Source of the DNA: Podarcis bocagei
Lineage: Eukaryota
Length of the DNA stretch: 64,000 nt
Assembly: GCA_964188305.1 (NCBI GenBank)
Contig: OZ076890.1
Direction: 5' to 3' (one strand)
The notes beneath the pieces were generated by a model. The model was not told the origin of the DNA and did not search any database. It saw only the letters and a program-made list of their open reading frames with translations. Made by a program: the position numbers and the translations under genes. Shown here piece by piece: positions 51,973-64,000 of this stretch (its first letter is position 1; every line of letters begins with the position of its first letter).

Positions 51973-52210
51973 GAGTCAGAGTGGTATAGTGGCTAGAGTG
52001 TCAGACTATGACCTGGGAGACCAAGGTTCGAATTCACACTTGGCCTTGAAGCTCACTGGGTGACCTTGGGGGCCAGTCACTGCTTCTCAGCCTCACCTGC
52101 CTCACAGGGTTGTTGTGGGAAATAAATGAGGAAGTGAAGAACCATCTACACCACTTTGTAGCTCTTTGGGGGGGGGGTAGAGTATAAATGAAATAAGTAA
52201 GTAAAGTAAA
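51973..52210 (+). mobile_element. tRNA-derived SINE (Squam3-like)
   Basis: A box gtggtatagtggctagagtg, B box ggttcgaattc, body gaagctcactgggtgaccttggg...cctcacagggttgttgtg, AT-rich tail. Confidence 0.8.
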
Positions 52211-54030
52211 TAGATATCATAGAATTGTAGGGTTGAAAGGGACCCCAAGCGTCATCTGCACTGATGTGGGTTTTCTAGAATTCTGATATCCTAAAGGGTA
52301 AAGTAAATCAGCATGTTATTTTACTTGTATTTAGCAAACAAATTCCTAAACTTGCCTGAAATTTTATTTGCAGCTAGTATTCATTCATTGTTACTAATGA
52401 ACGGATGCCAACAAAAATGAATGGACTTAGTAACTGGAAAACATTTCCAATTACAAATCATTGGGAACTGATCTTAAAATTATTCCCTAAATCTGGGGAA
52501 ACACAGAGGTGGTTGTCACAATAAGCACGGGTTCATAGAGGCTTTTCTTTTCTTTTCTTTTTTAAAAAACACCCTTGGATTAGCAAATTAGATTAGAACC
52601 ACTACATAATCAAGTAATGCTTTAATTTTCAACAAGTCATTTTTTGGTACATGTATTATACTGTAGTGGAACTTGGTTTTTCCATGAATAAATTGTATTT
52701 CAATGTCAAAATATGCAGATCTTTCTGGCATACTGTCCAAAACAAGGGAAGATATTTCATGATTAGACATAAAATATTAATGTAGAAACATCTTCTGTTG
52801 CTTTGTAGATGTCACCAAAATTCATGATGACTGTTAAAATAATACAGCCTCTTTCATGAGTTCTCTCTTATCACATAGTTAACCCATGCATATATTTTTG
52901 AATAGTTTCATGAATCTCATTTCCTGTTGTCTCTGAATGCTACAATATTTTACAGTTAAGCATAATGAGAAGCATTTCTACCATCAATCAAATTGATCTT
53001 TTATATTTTTATGGTATCAGCCAAGCATGCTCAAAGGTAATTTATTTTTATTGAAAATCCCTGTACCAACATGATGAAATAATAAAAACAAGCATTTAAT
53101 GTCTGTCAGTTTCACTTGCTGGCAGAACATTCTTTTGGAAAAAAAAACCCTGATTGCATATATTATATGCATGGAGATCATAAAGCTGTTCCTATTTTAT
53201 CTGTAAGTCGCCTTGAGCTCCTGATAGGGAAAAGGTGGGGTATAAAATGATGATGATGAATCTGAATAGATCATGTAGAGATTCTCAAAATCTGCAGTCA
53301 CAGATAAGCCATAACTCTATGCACTTAAGTTGTTTGGATAATTCTCTCTTTCTCTGTACTGGCTAGAAGATCAAAGTTGCAGTATATTTGAGATCTACAC
53401 TCTAATACAGCAAAGCAGTTTGGATGCCAGTGTAACCTTTGATATGTTCATCAAAGCCTTACTAATTATTACATTAATTTCTGATACCAGCTAATTATTC
53501 TTGAAAATTATTCCAAGGGCAAGAAGAGAAAGCAGTAACACAGAAAGTTAAGGGAAGTAACTACCGTAATTAACGTATATAAGGTATGATTTCTAGAGAG
53601 TCCTTAAAACCAGGGAAGGGACAATTCTCTATGAGGATTTTTTTAAAAAAATAAAATGTTTCAATATAAATATATTAAGCTAAGCTTTACAGTGATTTAT
53701 AGCAAGTAAAAACAAATCGAAAAGAAAAACTAAATGCGAAAAAACACATTAGCATTTTTCCCCCCTTAGGGAAAACAACTATTGATACACAGGTGTCTGA
53801 CATATACTCCATATTCCTTATTGGCTGTAAACCAGTCAGAAATGCAAGGACCAGCTCCATCCCTAACCCACACACAAAGCAGAGTAATGGCAAAACAATT
53901 GTTCTAGTTGCATTCAATATCACCACTGTCATCCCCAACTATGTAGCATTTTCCTCAGTGCTCAGAGAGCTTCACCTACATTATCTCAATTATCCTTAAA
54001 ACAAATGTGTAATGTAGGCCGGTTTTATTA

Positions 54031-55945
54031 CACTGGGCAACAATCTTTTACTTTTTGAATGTTGTCTAGATTTCTACAACTGATTTAGGGTATTTTTGCA
54101 CTGCTGAATCAGGAAATGGCATCCGTTTCTCTCCATCAGGTCAGGTTTTCTGTAAACTGAATGGTGGGCATTGATAAAGGTAAGTACACGTAAATTGCAT
54201 GTTGCTTCACCATTTTTCAAACTTCAGGGCTTGAACTTCTGTTTCTTGGAACTCCTGGAATGCTCAGTGGCACGGAGGTCTCTCTTCAGAGTCCAAAAGT
54301 AGTCAGCCATCATGACTGTGTCCCAGCGACCCTGATACCTGGTCTCCATCTCTTTCATGTCCTGATGGAATCTCTCCCCCTGCTCGTCACTCATTGAACC
54401 CAGGTTCTCAGGAAACCAGTCCATATGTGAAAATAGGTAGTGCATCTTGACGCTCATGTTGCAGCCCAGGTTTCTGAAAGCAGTCAGCATGTTGTTGTCA
54501 AGTTCTGCAAAGTTTCTGGCCTTATTGTTGCCAAGAAAGTTTTCACTACCAGAACAAATGCCTTCCACGCTTCCAGTTCCACTTCGTTCATTGAGTTTCC
54601 AAACTCTGGATCTCTGATGAGCTGCCGGATCTGAGGACCGTCAAAGATGCCAGCTTTCAACTTCTCCATGGTCAATCCTAGAAAAGCCTGGCACAAGTAA
54701 ATGAAGCAGTCACCATCCTTGTCCAGAGCCTTGGTGAACTGCTTGATTAAGCCGAGCTTGATGTGCAGCGGTGGGAAGAGTATTCTGTCTCTGTCCACCC
54801 GAGGGTCGTTGATGACGTTCCTTTCTTTGCAAGGCACCAATTCCTCCCGCACAGGCCAGTCCTTCTTCGTGTAATGCTGAGCACGGTCCCTACTATCCCA
54901 CATGCACAGAAAACATGGGTACGTGGTGAAGCCAGACTGTTGTCCCAACAAAAAGTTCACCATCTTCAGGTCAACACAAGTAAACCACTTATGCTGATCA
55001 TAACCAATTTTCTCCAGCACATACTTCACCGCTTCATAGTTCTCCTTCAGTGTACTCGAGTGAGCCAGGGGTATAGAGGCAAACTGGTTGCCGTTGTGTA
55101 GAAGAACACATTTCAGTGATCGCTTGCTGCTGTCAATGAACAGTCTCCAATCTTTGGGTTCGTACTGTGGCACTCCAAGCTTGAGCAGAAGCTGCGCAAT
55201 ATCTGCACAGTACACCAAGTCCTTCTCTTCCGAGAAAAAACGGAGGTACTCTTGATGCCTGTTGCGGAAGAAGCTGATGCGAGCACTGTCAGAGAGGAGG
55301 TTTTTTTCCTTCAATCTGGATGCCAACAGTTCGGCAGAGTCCTTTGACAAGCTGAGGTCATGAACTAGATCATTCAACTCCTTTTGGGAAAATGGATGTG
55401 GAGCATCATCTTCAAGAACCACTTCTTCTTCTTCATGTCCTTCAACACTGGAGGCATCTTCGTCACTAATGTCAGGAAGTTCTCCGAAGATAGGCACTGG
55501 AATTTCATCACAATGAGCTACAGGACGACATGCTGATTGAAGATCAGGATACTTCGTGGGGCGGCTGCCCCATTAACTTAGTTTTGATCCCCCAACTTTA
55601 TGCTTTGCTGCACCAATTTATGGAAGATTTCGAGGTTTTATGACTTCAAACTGATCCCTTTTCGACATAATCACCCAGAACTATCGGACCTGAATACTTC
55701 TTGTCATTAAAATAATCATTTCCAATCAAAACAATTATTTGACAAGGCATTTTACCCCCACCAACTTCTTCTAAAATGGTCCACACAAGTGTACATGTGA
55801 ACAAAAACGTAAAAAAAGACATGTGGCCATAGCTCAAAAACTTGACCTGATTGAGCAAAACCAATGTGATTTTTGGATTCAGCGCATCAGATTCGTCCTA
55901 AATCACCTGAAGAAACACAGACAACAAATTTGTTGTTGACCAGTG
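54031..55945 (-). mobile_element. Chapaev3 (CMC superfamily) DNA transposon, internally deleted copy
   Basis: TIRs CACTGG(G/T)CAACAA, subterminal inverted blocks (tgatttagg...gctgaatc; tcaggtca.gtttt), 3-bp TSD TTA (54028-54030 and 55946-55948), and a transposase frame inside. Confidence 0.9.
54224..55555 (-). pseudogene. Chapaev3 DDE transposase, N-terminus missing and one -1 frameshift near 54542
   Basis: KYPDLQSACRPVAH...ELNDLVHDLSLSK...WRLFIDSSKRSLK...CVDLK...PCFLCMWDSR...PPLHIKLGL...GIFDGPQIR (ORF 54484-55497), continuing in a second frame as NFLGNNKA...KMHYLFSH...SDEQGERFHQD...ADYFWTL (ORF 54224-54568). Confidence 0.9.
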
Positions 55946-56990
55946 TTATCCATATTACTAATGGAGTAGGAGGAAACAGATTGGTTTGCCTAAGTCATGC
56001 AGTTGGTTTATGTCTAGGATGAAACTTAGACCTTCATTAGGGCAGGCATAGGAACACTGGAAGCTACCCAAGACTGAATATTGAAGTATCATTAATATAT
56101 TATTGAAATATTAAAAGTGAATACACATACAAACTAGGAAGAGAGAGGTGTTGTTTTCTTGAATTTGTGCCTCGTCACAATTTGCAAACATATTCATTTT
56201 CTTCTTTTTAAAGCAGGGTAGAAACTTTATAGATTTTTTTTAAATCCAAAAATTAGTTTCACACTGAGCATGAAGTATTTGTCATGCACCATAATATTAA
56301 AAATTACTTTTGACAGGCATGAGAAATGTCCCTGGATCTTTCTTGCTTTTAGGAACTTTGCAAAATCATCACATTTAATAAAAGATGGAAACAAAGGACC
56401 TGTGGACATGCCACAGCTGATGCATGGAAGGGTTTTAAATCACTCTCTGTGGCAGCTGCCTCCACATTTCAAGACCTGGTAGTCATCCCCCTCCCCATCC
56501 ATATTACACCATATATAGCAAAATGAATAAATAAATGTGTGTGATGGTTTGGAGAAAGCCACAGCTGCTCAGGGTAGGCTGGTAACATAGATGGGCTTCA
56601 ACATGGTGGCCATATCATTCCTTAGAACTGCACTAGAGCAATCATTATATGTCCCCTGATAAGAAAAAAAACCAATGGTACAAAGACTGGGATGTGTGCC
56701 TATGACTTGCAGACTGAAAGGAGTGGGACCCACATGTTGTGGAAACATATCCTTTTTCTTAGAGGGAAAGGATAAGGACAGAAGACAAGGATTATGGCAA
56801 TTGTAGGACTATAAATTGTAGCTACATAGTCATGCAAGGAGGCATTTGACTACAGAAAGACTGCTGCCAACAGTTTTGCCTTAAAAAAACCCCTCAAGGG
56901 TCATTCGTCGTTTATAAAATTTGATTCCTAAAAGCATTTCAGTTCAGGGCATTATTATTTGGGACTCCACATAGATACCTAAGTAAGGAT

Positions 56991-57131
56991 CAGTGGCGTA
57001 GCGTGGGGGGTGCAGGGGGCCCCGGCCGCACCGGGCACAACATCTGGGGGTTAGGGGGCGCAAATCCATGGGTTAGGGGGCGCAAATTACTTGCCTTGCC
57101 CCGGGTGCTGACAACCCACGCTACGCCACTG
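56991..57131. mobile_element. hAT-type MITE (141 bp)
   Basis: 17-bp perfect TIRs cagtggcgtagcgtggg / cccacgctacgccactg; 8-bp TSD gtaaggat / ataaggat (one mismatch); internal direct repeat gggttagggggcgcaaat x2. Confidence 0.9.
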
Positions 57132-57179
57132 ATAAGGATACACATTAATATGACAATGTCTCTCAAGTTAATTTAATAA

Positions 57180-57632
57180 TGTCAGGGAACTGCCATCAGC
57201 TCAGAGGCGGGAAGTGGAAGGGCAGTTGGGTTTCAGGGAGCCGCCAAAGATCGTGAGAAGCAGCTGGTCCTCCGAGGAGGAGCAAAGGCACGCCTCCAGT
57301 GGGGAAGGGATGCAGGGCTCGGAAGATGCAAGGAAAAGCCGCAACACCGAACCTGAGCAAAGCGGGGGGCGGGAGGCAGGTCCCCCTTTGCCCATGCCCT
57401 CTCTGCGCAGTAGGCTTATGCGCAGAGAGGGGAGGCATGGATGGAGGTCAAAAAACTGCTCTGCTGGGGAAAGTTTAAGGACCGCCCACTCCCAGATTCT
57501 GCTAGCGACTGAGAAGACATGGAAAAGAGTCGATCTGCATTGTGAACATTTTGGACAGATAATAAAGCCTTGAGAAGACCAACGGGTAGTCTTGCCTGCT
57601 TGCTCTCGAGCAACCAAACCGGCATTCGTACA
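57180..57632 (+). mobile_element. Solo LTR (453 bp) related to 49974-50409
   Basis: TGTCAGGGAACTG...TACA, 5-bp TSD aataa (57175-57179 and 57633-57637), shared cagattctgctagcgactgag block, AATAAA at about 57561. Confidence 0.88.
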
Positions 57633-57677
57633 AATAATAATAATGCTTAGCATTTATATAGCACTTGAATTGTCCAA

Positions 57678-57910
57678 CCTTCTCGGTAGTGGCGCCCGCC
57701 CTGTGGAACGCCGTCCCATCAGATGTCAAGGAAATAAGCAGCTATTCTATTTTTAAAAGACATCTGAAGGCAGCCCTGTTCAGGGAAGTTTTTAATATTT
57801 AATGCTGTATTGTTTTTAACACTCAATTGGGAGCCGCGCAGAGTGGCTGGGGAAACTCAACCAGATGGGCGGGGTATAAATAAATTATCATTATCATTAT
57901 CATTATTATT
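57678..57910 (+). mobile_element. Young L2-type LINE 3' end
   Basis: ccttctcggtagtggcgcccgccctgtggaacgcc...ctgaaggcagccctgtt...gagtggctggggaaac...gatgggcggggtataaataaa plus a (TTATCA/TTA)n tail. Confidence 0.85.
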
Positions 57911-59298
57911 AACCTACTTCACAGATATAACCTTAATTAGCCATACAACAATCTTTACAAGATTAAAGTATTATTGTACTCAACTTGAAGACAAAAGAGA
58001 GTGGTGCTAAGTTTAGACAATACTCGTCTACTAATCATGTGACTTTGTTGCAGACTGAATTGCAGAGAGCCCATGACTGGTGGGTTCCAATGCAAGGATG
58101 ATCTATAAAGACACAGGACAAGGATATTGGGTTCAAATAATCCACAATTTTACAGATGTAAGGAGGCTTTGCTGCAGGCATTGGGTATGTATCCTGAATC
58201 AACCAGCTTGACTGCTGGTTGATTATTTTGGCTGGGTCAAATCTAGATTAAGGTCATGCTATAATATACATAAAATCCTGATAATCCCACCAGGACCACC
58301 ATTAACCAGGGTACTTATTCTTTGTAGCAGGGAGGTTGGCTTCCAACCCCCAACCACCAACCTAAGCTAAGGATCCAACCCAATGCCTTATCTGCCAACA
58401 AGTTGCAACAGTTACTGTGACGTAGGCAAAATCTTCAGTAAGGCCCAATTCGTCTGCTGGAAAATGCCTTCCTGGCCCCAAATACAACGACTGATTAATT
58501 CCATAGCAAGGTCTCATGCCATGGCCTGCCTGCTTACCATCAAGCAGGACCAGAAATTGTTGAAGAAGGTGGAAGGGTGGGGAATCCAGCTCCAATTGAA
58601 CTGCTGGGCATGGCTGTGGCCTGCTTAAATAAGCAGCAAGAGGACCAGAGTGAAGACCAGGGGCGAAAGTTTTTCACTCCAGTCTGCTGTCAGAGCCACA
58701 TCCACTCACCTGCCCATGCTTGGCTCATTCAAAAGGGCAGGCTCCCAGAATCCCTCCCGGTCAGCAAAGGAGGAGGGCGTCCTCCAGTGGCCATGTGGGG
58801 TAGGGTGATAGCCCCTGGCATGGCTGCGCTGGGCTACAACCGCGACACACTAGCATTCAATGGCAAGTGTTCTTTCATTTGGTAAAGGCAATATTTTTAA
58901 ACCGGTGGCTTTCAGGTTCACAACCGATTCCCATAGACCCCAGTCCAATTTTATTTAATATATCTTTGACCTGTGCCTTTTTAAAAGGAAAACTCAGTAG
59001 CTTCTTAATGTGTACTTTAGATCATAACCTTTCCATTTAGTTTTATTTCATGTGAAAATAATTTATGTGACATTTTGGCAAAAGTTTCTTAAAACCCCAT
59101 AAAGGTTATTTTATTCTTATAGTATGATTGACTGGTCTAATCCAATATAACAATTCCTATCTAAAACACTCTTGTTCTGTTTCCATTTTTGTTTTTTTAT
59201 GACTCATCAAGGCATTTGACACAAGTTATGGCTTTAAAATAAAAGTCCACAGTTCAATTAAATCCTGAATAGAAATGAGAAAAAGCCATGCCATTGAA

Positions 59299-59301
59299 TG
59301 C

Positions 59302-59350
<49 letters not shown>
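59299..59350. repeat. Compound (GC)n(CA)n alternating purine-pyrimidine microsatellite
   Basis: tgcgcgtgcgcgcgcgcacacaca... Confidence 0.95.
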
Positions 59351-59353
<3 letters not shown>

Positions 59354-62021
59354 TGCATTTTGTAAGTCTTGCTAAGAGACACTTTCTTATGTTTAAGTGC
59401 TCTTGACAATCCATCATCCAAATCTTGAAAGGCAAACCTGAAGACAAAATTCTGATGGGGTCATTCAGAACATGACTGTAACTTTTTAAAAAGGATTGAC
59501 TTCAGAGCATTTCTAAATGGTGTAAAAAATATGGGAGTTTGTGAAAGTGGAAAGGACAGCAACTTTAATTTGCTAAATGCACGAACTAACCCCTTATTGC
59601 ATGCAAGCATTTATTTGTTTTAAAGGTCAATCCAATGCAAACAAAAACATAAGTGAAATAAAAAGTATCACTGATGAAAGAGCCAGACAGATAATCAAAT
59701 GCCCACTGCAATGAAAAATGTGAAATGAATTTAATGTTGCATTTTAACAGGACAAAAACGTTATCTGTATATTAATCATTTTGCTTCATTTATCATTTAG
59801 AGACACTATAAAAAGGTATTTGGCTCTATGATAGCTCGCCTCCAGGTCCTCTTAAGTACTGTATATTACTTTATATGGCTGACATGCTCTAAACCTTGAT
59901 TACTTCTTTATTAAGAACACCGTAACTTGTCACTTTCCAATCTGTTTAATATGCTAATGCCTTATGGAAGTAACTTCGACTCCTGGATGACAAGGAAGCT
60001 ACCCAGGGGTCTAATAAGGACAGAAACAATTACCAGCAAACTAGAGATAAAAAGATTCTTAATTCATTAAGACTACTTTTAAAGGGAAACCAAAATTGTA
60101 TTAGTAAAACAAGACTAAGTCTGGCTATTAAAATGGAAGTAGATAGGAGTGAGATTCAATATCGTCTCATTTTCAAAGTTTATTTTAAAATGTTAAATAC
60201 AAATAAGAATGCTCATCAGTGCATATCCTCTCAAAGTTGACAGGAGAGAAAGGTAGAAGAAATACACTATTTTCTCCTCATGTATTATCCGTCTCAAAGT
60301 CCAGTCAAGCCACATTAAAGGGAAATGTTTCTTTGTGATCACTTGGAATCCCAAAAGGACAGCATGGTAAGAATCATATTTAGTAAGCACATTTCATAAT
60401 ATTTCTGTGTCAATATTTAAAAGGTATACTGAGCAACGAGCACGTTTTCCATCTGTAGCTAGTGCAGCAAACAACACAGTCTGTATACTAAGTCACAGTT
60501 ATTTAGTTGAGAGAGATTCAAGCAACTTTTCAGCACAAATGAATGGTCTTCAACTGTGATCAGACCATGCCCCTAGGGACTTCAAGTTGGCAGCATCTCA
60601 TCCCTTCAGATTCATAAGCTTGGCACCACCCTCCAAAACTCGGGAGTGGAGCTAGGTGATGCCAAGGTTGCTAACTCCAATGGCCCACCCCCAGTCAGCT
60701 GTCCCCGGGCTGGTCTCTCGAGGAAGTTAGCTGGTAATATTTCCAACCCTTAATAAATTCACAAATTTATGAGTTTGCTCAAATGCTAACCCTTCACTGA
60801 ATGTAGACATTATGGGTGGGCTGGGTGGGGAAGAAGCAGGAGCAGCAATGGCTGTTGGGCAGTGGGCAGCTTTTTAATTGTATGATTATTATTATCATTA
60901 AATTTATATACGGCGGTTTACAGCATAAAGCTTGGCAGGCATGTGGGCAGGAGGGAATCTTTCCCGATTCCTCCCTTTTTGCTGGTCAGATGATCAAGCT
61001 GCTCTGCCCTTCACCTCTAATTTGCTTCAAACTGGGCAAGCAGACAAGAATTTGGGTGGTTGAGGACGTGAGCAAAGTGCTTGTTTTCTCACCTCCTACT
61101 CTTCCCCCTGGGTAACCTACATGGTAGGTGGGAACATGGACAGGTAAGAAAACAAAAAGTCACTCAGGTGGGCACAAATAAAACCAACAGAATAAAATGA
61201 CTAATAAGTAGGCATTTGACTAAGGAGCAGCATATAAATAAATCACTGTCAAAAGATAGCTAACAAATTAAATTAAAATTAATGTAGATCAGCTTATACA
61301 TGGTCAACAAAGCTAACAAATTAGTCCCAGTACTTAAGCAACATGTTCATGTTCAAACTCTGGTGAATCTCAAGAATCAGAAAGTCCATTACTGAATGGG
61401 CAGAACAAAAAAAATATGCTTGTTAAGTTCAACTAAGTAAGGCTTACATTCAAGTAAATGTACAAAGGCTTAGAACCCCAGAAATAGGGATAGCCCTGCC
61501 ACATGACAGGGTGGCAGCACCATGAGAGGGGGCTTGATGAATCAGGAATCAGGAGAATTGCAGCTCTGTGCAATTCATGGGGTTTTGCTCCTGAAGAGTC
61601 TGAACTTCAAAGGTGAGGATGCTATCACCAGAAAGGAGAAGCTGAACACCCATGTGTACATGGGACACTGCATGCATCACTCTCATTTATCTAAAGTGAA
61701 ATCTTGGTAGGAAGCCGGGGGGGGGGGGGGAAGAAGCTATCAGTGTGCAGATCCCAAATTTGAGATCTGAGCTATCAGTGTGCATCCCAGACATCAAGCA
61801 GGCCATCAAATTGTTTCATTACAATGGAGGCTTCTGCCATTCCCCATTGCTCCCATTAAAGGAAGATACAAGTGATGGAGGTGTGCCAGGATTTTAGCTC
61901 CAATGGTTGGCTCTGAAGGGCAAACATATTTATTCTTAGGGTTTTCAGCTGCTTTCCTCGCAAGCAGACTGCTTGCTGGTGGTGAAAGAAAGGTTCAACA
62001 AATGTGTGCATTGGCTTAGGG

Positions 62022-62366
62022 CAGGGGTCTGCAACCCGTGGCTCTGGAGCCGCATGTGGCTCTTTTACACCTTTGCCGAGGCTCGGGGGCGGATACTAGC
62101 GAGGGGAGGAGGCGCATTATGCGCCCCGACACTCCCCACTGTGGTGGACGCTGTACTGGCTGTGACATCGCATGGGGGTGGTGCGTGCGTTAGTCACGCA
62201 CCGTCCCGACATCACCTTCCCGCCCGCTGTCAGATCGGAGGGCAGCAGCGCGCATGCAGGTCTATATTTGTTTTCAATGTTGCAATGGTTTTGCGGCTCC
62301 CAGTTTTTTTTTCTTCGGAAAAGGGTACAAGTGGCTCTTTTTTGTCTTAAAGGTTGCAGACCCCTG
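62022..62366. mobile_element. hAT (Charlie-like) MITE (345 bp)
   Basis: 15-bp perfect TIRs caggggtctgcaacc / ggttgcagacccctg; perfect 8-bp TSD gcttaggg (62014-62021 and 62367-62374); CpG-rich interior. Confidence 0.92.
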
Positions 62367-64000
62367 GCTTAGGGACAGGCACATGCAGTAAATATTCATA
62401 AGAAGAAACTGGGTTTATCTAGGTACCATTTTAGAGAAACACCACTATTTAAAAAGATGCAAAGAAATGAAGAATCATCGGCTTTTTGTCCCCTGAAAAA
62501 TGTGCCCATTCACATTATTCCCTCTCTGCAGATTCCATACAGAACATTTTCAGTCTACTTTTTTGCCTTTAAAAAGAGAATATTCCACACATTTCTTCTC
62601 ATTAAATATAAAGCCTTCCTGTAAGAATTTTGTTTTTAAGGTACAATCTATCATACTTTTTATAACCTTGACAGTTCAGAAACCTTGTGGGCGATATAAG
62701 TCTTACATCTAATGTGTAAATTAGGTTTCTGTAAGAAGGGAGCTCTGAAATTTTATTGTAGAGGGAACTATTTTCAGAACCTAGTTGTATGATAGATGTA
62801 GTTTTTATAGATTTTATGTAAAGATAAGACATATTACTCTTCCAGGATCAAACTAACTTCAAAAGGGTGACTTCTTAAGAAAATAAATCCTCATGTCAAG
62901 ATAAATATGAAAATGTTCACCAGATTTTCTTCTTTAATTGTACATAGGAGGAATTTCTGGTTCCAACCCAGTTCCTTGTCACATTCAGTCTTTACAACCG
63001 AAACATATGAGGGTTCAAACAAAAAGAGCATTCTACAATCTTTAATCATTATAAAAAAACACAGTACCTCGACCTTGTATTTTAAAGTTAAACAGAGTGG
63101 CATTATAAAAATTAAATTGGTTCTTGTTCATTATCATAATATCCTTTAAAAAGCCTTGCCTAGCCTGGAGTAGATGTCCTATTTCTTTATCTTTCTTGAT
63201 GACCTCTCTTGCCTCCAAGTCAGCTCGTTTTTCTTTGCTGAAGACTGCGCCCTACTGCTGCACGTACTCAAAAATTTCCATTAAAATATAGGGCATCATC
63301 ACTCATTCTTATCTTCAGCAGCCCAATGAACAGTGCAATGCCACCAACTGCATGCAAACTAGTCTCAAAGGACAATATTAGTTATACACATTGTCATCCA
63401 ACATGGAGAAGGACTTTACCTGGATAATACCTTATCACACAGGATATGTCTAAAATAATAAAAAATGGCTTCCAGACTTTTGCCTAAGTAGCAATTTTTC
63501 TGTAAGAGTATGCCTTACTTAATAAGGAACTTACCAGCAGGCAATTAGCCTTCTATGGAATGCTATTTATCAACCCTAGTCTCTGCGAACCAAGAACCAT
63601 AATTGGTTTTCTGGCCCAAGCAACTGCCTTCTAAATCCATAAAGATTTCACAAATATGTGTTTTTGACTGATACGGGGTCCTTTGTGACTCTTGACTTCT
63701 GCTCCTCAAAACTCCTCCAAAGAATAAATAATGAATGATTCCTGTTGCTGGGCTCACTTTGCAAAATAAAAGAGCAGCAGATGTAACTGTCTCAAACTGT
63801 CAAACAGATCATTTCTATTGGGAGTGCATATATGTGTGTGTGTTTTTATGCCATTAAGCTAACTTAGAAAGGTGGACCAAAGATTTCAGAATATAGTTAG
63901 TACCCAGGGAGAGAATAGATATAACTCTGTAGCAGTAGACTCAGCATGGCACGACTTTAACTTGGCCGAAAGTTATTGCAGTAGTCACATAAGAGAAGAA

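Noticed and set aside
58046-58922. GC-elevated block with TG...CA ends suggesting another LTR
   Set aside because: No matching target-site duplication found, so the boundaries are unsupported.

Overview
Vertebrate genomic DNA, almost certainly a squamate and probably a lacertid lizard (Sauria/Squam-type SINEs, BovB, lizard-type L2/CR1 tails). The whole window lies inside the dystrophin gene (DMD) on the minus strand. Six coding exons orthologous to human exons 45-50 (rod repeats R17-R19 into hinge 3) have canonical AG/GT borders: 45727-45902, 31425-31572, 27101-27250, 17782-17946, 6529-6630 and 1587-1695. Five match human exon lengths exactly; exon 48 is 21 nt (one heptad) shorter. Everything else is intron, containing many transposable elements. 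These include a nearly intact Chapaev3 DNA transposon with TIRs, a TTA TSD and a transposase with one frameshift (54031-55945), and a Penelope-like retroelement 3' end with a GIY-YIG endonuclease frame, a 5' inversion and a minimal hammerhead-ribozyme motif (41063-41802). There is also a 1.6-kb Tc1/mariner-type non-autonomous element filled with GC-rich palindromic minisatellites (33690-35293), solo LTRs (one nested in a MITE TIR), several hAT and TA-flanked MITEs, SINE/LINE relics, microsatellites and one assembly gap. I found no convincing novel protein-coding system. The most interesting signals are the TE-borne ribozyme, the young Chapaev3 element, the hairpin minisatellite array and the exon-48 heptad difference.
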